NCBI RefSeq assembly: GCF_018350175.1
Contig: NC_058383.1
Span: 29,142,001 to 29,206,000 of the forward strand
Direction: 5' to 3'
Length of the DNA stretch: 64,000 nucleotides
Origin: Felis catus
Taxonomy: Eukaryota
Shown: positions 60,410-64,000 of the stretch, piece by piece
Layout: each line of letters starts with the position of its first letter
Position numbering within the stretch: position 1 is the first letter of the stretch
Program-made: the position numbers and the translations under genes
The notes under the pieces: model-generated
The model's database searches: none
Seen by the model: only the letters and a program-made list of their open reading frames with translations
What the model was told of the DNA's origin: nothing

Positions 60410-61180
60410 CCAGAGAGAGGGACAGAGAGAGAATCGTGAACAGCACGGAGCCCAGTGCGGGGCTCGATCTCACGTACCGCCGTGACATCATGACCTGAGC
60501 GAAAATCAAGAGTTAGATGCTCAACTGACTGAGCCACCCAGGCACCCCGGGATTTTTTTTTTTAAGACAATTTACTCGGATATAAGTCACATAGCCTCCA
60601 TTTTCGTCGCTTAAAGTAAAATTCATTGGTTCTTTGTGTGTTCACAGATAGGTGCAACCTATCACTATAATCAGAACATTTTCAACAGCTCCGTGAAAAC
60701 AAACAACTAACTCGGTACGGGCTTAGCTATCACCCTCCTGCCCACTCCCCACCCGCCCACACAGCACAGCTTGGCTGGAGACAACCACTCACGTACCCGC
60801 TGTCTCACAGATTCCCCTATTTGGACTTTGATGTGAATCATGGAATCGGGGAACATGTGACCTTGTCTGTCCGGCTTCTGCGACGTCGTGTAAGGTTTTC
60901 AGGACACGTGCCTCCCCACGAGTTGAAACTGCCTGCTTTTTTGTGGCTGGAGGACAGTCCATGCGTGGCTGTGTGGTTTTGTTGATCCGGTCATCTGCTG
61001 ATGGACACGCAGCCCCTGGGAATAATGCTGCCGTGGACTTTTGTGCACAAGGTTTTGTGTGCACATAAGCCTTCTCAGGTGTATTCCGGAAGCGGGATTG
61101 GGAGGTCACAGGGCACCTCGATGTGTAACTGTCCCAGGAAGCACCAGACTGCCTTACACGGTGGCTGCACCATTTTGCAT
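60410..61180 (-). mobile_element. Can-SINE (60410-60548) followed by an L1MB-like 3' end fragment
   Basis: SINE head at ~60548; L1 antisense ttcacagataggtgcaacc...ctgctgatggacac...aataatgctgccgtg...gtggctgcaccattttgcat. Confidence 0.75.
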
Positions 61181-61884
61181 GAGGGGCCAATTGTCCGTGG
61201 GGGGGGGGAGCAAAAAGCAAAACGCATCCCCTCTACCCGTCCCACCCCTGGGCCCTGCCATGCACCAGCTCCTACATCAGGAGGAGACCCAGTGAAGAGA
61301 CGAGGATCCCAGAAAGTTCTGTGTCCATCACCTTATTCCTTGCAGTGGCCCATCAGGTGGGCACTGTTACCTTATTATGGCCGTTTGGGGGCTAAAAAAG
61401 CGAGGCTCTGAGAGGTGACCAAAGTTGCCGGGTGTCAAACCAGCTCATAGTGGCCACGCTGGCCTTTGAATGGCCATGCCTCCTACCCCTGAGCTAGTGG
61501 GGGCTGGGATGCCGCTCTGCCCTGTGGCATTTCAGGGGTGAGGGGCTCTCGTCTGCTCAGGGAGCCTGGGGGTGGGGGTTGAATGTGGCTGACGCCAGCC
61601 GTGGGGGAGAAAGGGCTAAGGGGGGCGGGGGGCCTGATGCCAGCGGTCCTGTTCCCAATGCGGTGATTACCCAAGCGGTGGGGCTCCTTCCCTGCCTTGG
61701 CAGCCCTGGGGGCCTCATCCGCTGGTGGCCCTGGAGGAGGTGGGGTGGCTGCCACAGCAGGGAGGTCCCCTCCTCCTGTTTTACAGATGGGTAAGCACCG
61801 GAAGGCTGCTGGTGGCCTCATGCAGGGTCTGGCTGGGGGGCCTGGGGGAGGGCGCGGTCTTCATATACCTCTGGAAGGCCGCCT

Positions 61885-62430
61885 GCTTCTTTTTGTTTTT
61901 TTAAAATTTTTTATGTTTATTTTTGAGAGACAGAGAGAGAATGTGAGCAGAGGAGGGGCAGAGAGAGAGAGGGAGACACAGAATCTGAACCTGTTCCAGG
62001 CTCTGAGCTGTCAGCACAGAGCCCGACGCGGGGCTCGAACTCACACACCGCGAGATCGTGACCGGAACGCCCACCCCTCTGAGCCACCCAGGTGCTCCCG
62101 GGAGGCCTTCTTTTTTAACAAGCTTGAGTGAAATCTACTTTATACATCATAAAACGCGCCTACCTCCGTGTTTGTAAATTCACAGAGCCGTGCGACCATC
62201 ACCACGATGCAGTTGTGCGACTTTCACCCCCTGCCCCCCAAGTCCTGGTGCCCGTTTGCAGTCCTTCCTGTGGTTGGGCAGCATCTTTTCATGTGCTCAG
62301 TGGACTTTTTTTTTTTTATATACCTTTTTTGGAGGAACGGCTCTTTAGATATTTTGCTCATTTTTCATCGGGTTATTTGCCATCCTGTTTCTGAGGGGTT
62401 AGGGTGCTTTATATATTCTGGATACAAGTC
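61885..62430 (-). mobile_element. Can-SINE (61885-62099) and an L1M fragment
   Basis: SINE body; L1 antisense gcatcttttcatgtgctc...ctttatatattctggatacaagtc. Confidence 0.75.
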
Positions 62431-63801
62431 GAAGGAAGGCATCTGTGGTCTGTTTCCAGTGCAGGCCCAGGCCGGAAGGTGGTGAGATCCCACAGTTAAG
62501 ACTCTGCCTGGACCACCGGGCCAGCTGTCTGTGGAGCCTGAGGTCTGAGCCGGCTTGGCTGGGGAGGGCCTGGGGGGAAGCTCAGGGCCCTGGGGTGCCT
62601 CTGGGCCCCAGCTGGCCTGGGATTGCAGTCAGAGTGGAGAGGGCAGTTCTCCTGACATCTGCCTGGGAGGGTGGGGATACTCTGGCCCTTGACCCCTGAC
62701 CCTTCTCCCTTGCAGTGAGGGAGTCCCCTGAACCCTGGTCTTGGCTACCTTAGGGCCTCCAAGCCTGACTTATTAGACCCCTGACTTAGACCCCAGCTCC
62801 TTCCAGAGGGCCTCAAAGTGGCCTTTGGGGTTCATGCCCCCTACAGAACCCCAGGCTGGGGGCCACCAGCTTCCAGAACATTCTTTCCTTTCTCCTCCTA
62901 CCCCACCTCTAACCCCCAAGCATTAGAGCTGCTGGCTTTGAAGATTGCAGTGTGAGCCCAGAGGCAACCAGACTCTGTTTTGTTCACCCAGCACAGACTC
63001 AGGGACTGGGTCTGTCCCCCAAGGGCTGATGAGGATTTCTCACCCAGCCCAGCCCTAGGAGCCCACACCCTCTCCTTGCTGGACTAGAATCCCAATGGAA
63101 TTGTACCACCCCACTGTGGGATTTGCCATCATGATTCTTCTGTTCCTAAAAGGAACAGAATCTCATGGGAAGGAGACCAGGACAGGTCTCCTTCTAGGTC
63201 TGGTGTCCCTCTCCGGGAGCTGCGGGCAACCTCAGGCTGGTGGCCTGCCTCCCTATTCCTGTCCCACACTCTTTGGGTGTCACAGCATCATCGCGCTCTG
63301 TGTTTCCTGACCCATAAAGTTTAGGTTAAATACACATTAATCACTAGGAGTCACTGCCCTCCTGACGCCATACCCACCCCTGCAAGGTGAGGGACATTTA
63401 CAAAGGGTAGTGCAGTGGCTCAGGCTATCCCCCTAGGAGCAGAATTAACCTGGGTTTGGGTGCAGCTTGAGTCACAGTGACCAAGTGACTCTGAACTCAT
63501 TTCCTTTCCTGTCCTTGCTTTCTTGCGAACATACAAAGAGGGAACATAATTAAAGCATTAGCGTGATGCCTGGTCCTCCAATGTTCAGTGAAGGAAAGTG
63601 AGCACCCCACTGGGCAATGGTGGAGGAGACCCAGCAAAACCCTGCCCTCTGAGCCTTTCTCCTGGCTTCCTTTGTGCACTGGCTGCCACCTTCCTCTATG
63701 GATAGGAGGTAGCAGCCACAGCAAGAAGGCTTGCTTCCTGTTCAGTGTCCTGGCTAAGCAGAGTCCTAAGCAGGATACACAACACTCAGTTGAGTCCTAA
63801 G

Positions 63802-64000
63802 CAGCGTTGCCAGATAAAATACACGACACTCAGTTATTCAGATAAAAAAATGAGTAAGTTTTTAGCATAAATATGTCGCATGCAACCTTTGGGATATACT
63901 TACACTAAAGTGGGCTATACTTTGGGATATACTTATACTGAAAAAAATTTATTGAACTGAAATTCAAATTTAATTGGGTGTCTTGTATTGTTATTTGTTA
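63802..64000. mobile_element. MER53 palindromic hAT MITE (truncated by the window end)
   Basis: cagcgttgccagataaaatac...tttttagcataaatatgtc[gcatgc]...gggatatacttatactgaaaaaa...ctgaaattcaaatttaattgggtgtcttgtatt; the arms are self-complementary. Confidence 0.8.

Noticed and set aside
59640..61860. Multiple G-rich runs as functional G-quadruplexes
   Set aside because: Expected at this local GC content; long irregular loops and no supporting context.
1..64000. tRNA genes, CRISPR arrays, snRNA/snoRNA, miR-193b/miR-365
   Set aside because: tRNA-like A/B boxes all belong to SINE heads; no repeat-spacer array; the recalled mature miR-193b/miR-365 and U6 sequences were not seen on either strand by eye.

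Overview
Mammalian genomic DNA from a felid, judged from about 45 tRNA-derived Can-SINE/SINEC_Fc copies and a cat-type L1 3' end. The only recognisable gene is the 3' end of PARN (poly(A)-specific ribonuclease) on the + strand. Bases 1-12125 are intron, followed by the penultimate coding exon (12126-12319), a 9.95-kb intron, and the last exon (coding 22271-22323). Its ~1-kb 3'UTR ends near tandem AATAAA/ATTAAA signals at 23293/23328. The remaining ~40 kb is intergenic, increasingly GC-rich and dense in repeats: SINEs, L1, L2/MIR, MLT1 LTRs, and hAT and Tigger MITEs. From recalled human synteny (16p13.12) this is the interval running toward MIR193B/MIR365A-MRTFB; I did not find those miRNAs in the window. 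Almost all ORFs in the track are SINE/L1-derived or chance GC-rich ORFs. I found no evidence for a new multi-gene system. The most notable items are a twin-primed inverted L1 whose 3' end is replaced by (TA)n, a near-consensus CTCF motif inside an MLT1 LTR, a fossil hAT transposase, inverted SINEs around the penultimate PARN exon, UG/CPE elements in the PARN 3'UTR, young possibly polymorphic insertions, and several repeat-free candidate enhancers. Repeat family names come from recalled consensus sequences, not a database search, and repeat boundaries are approximate.
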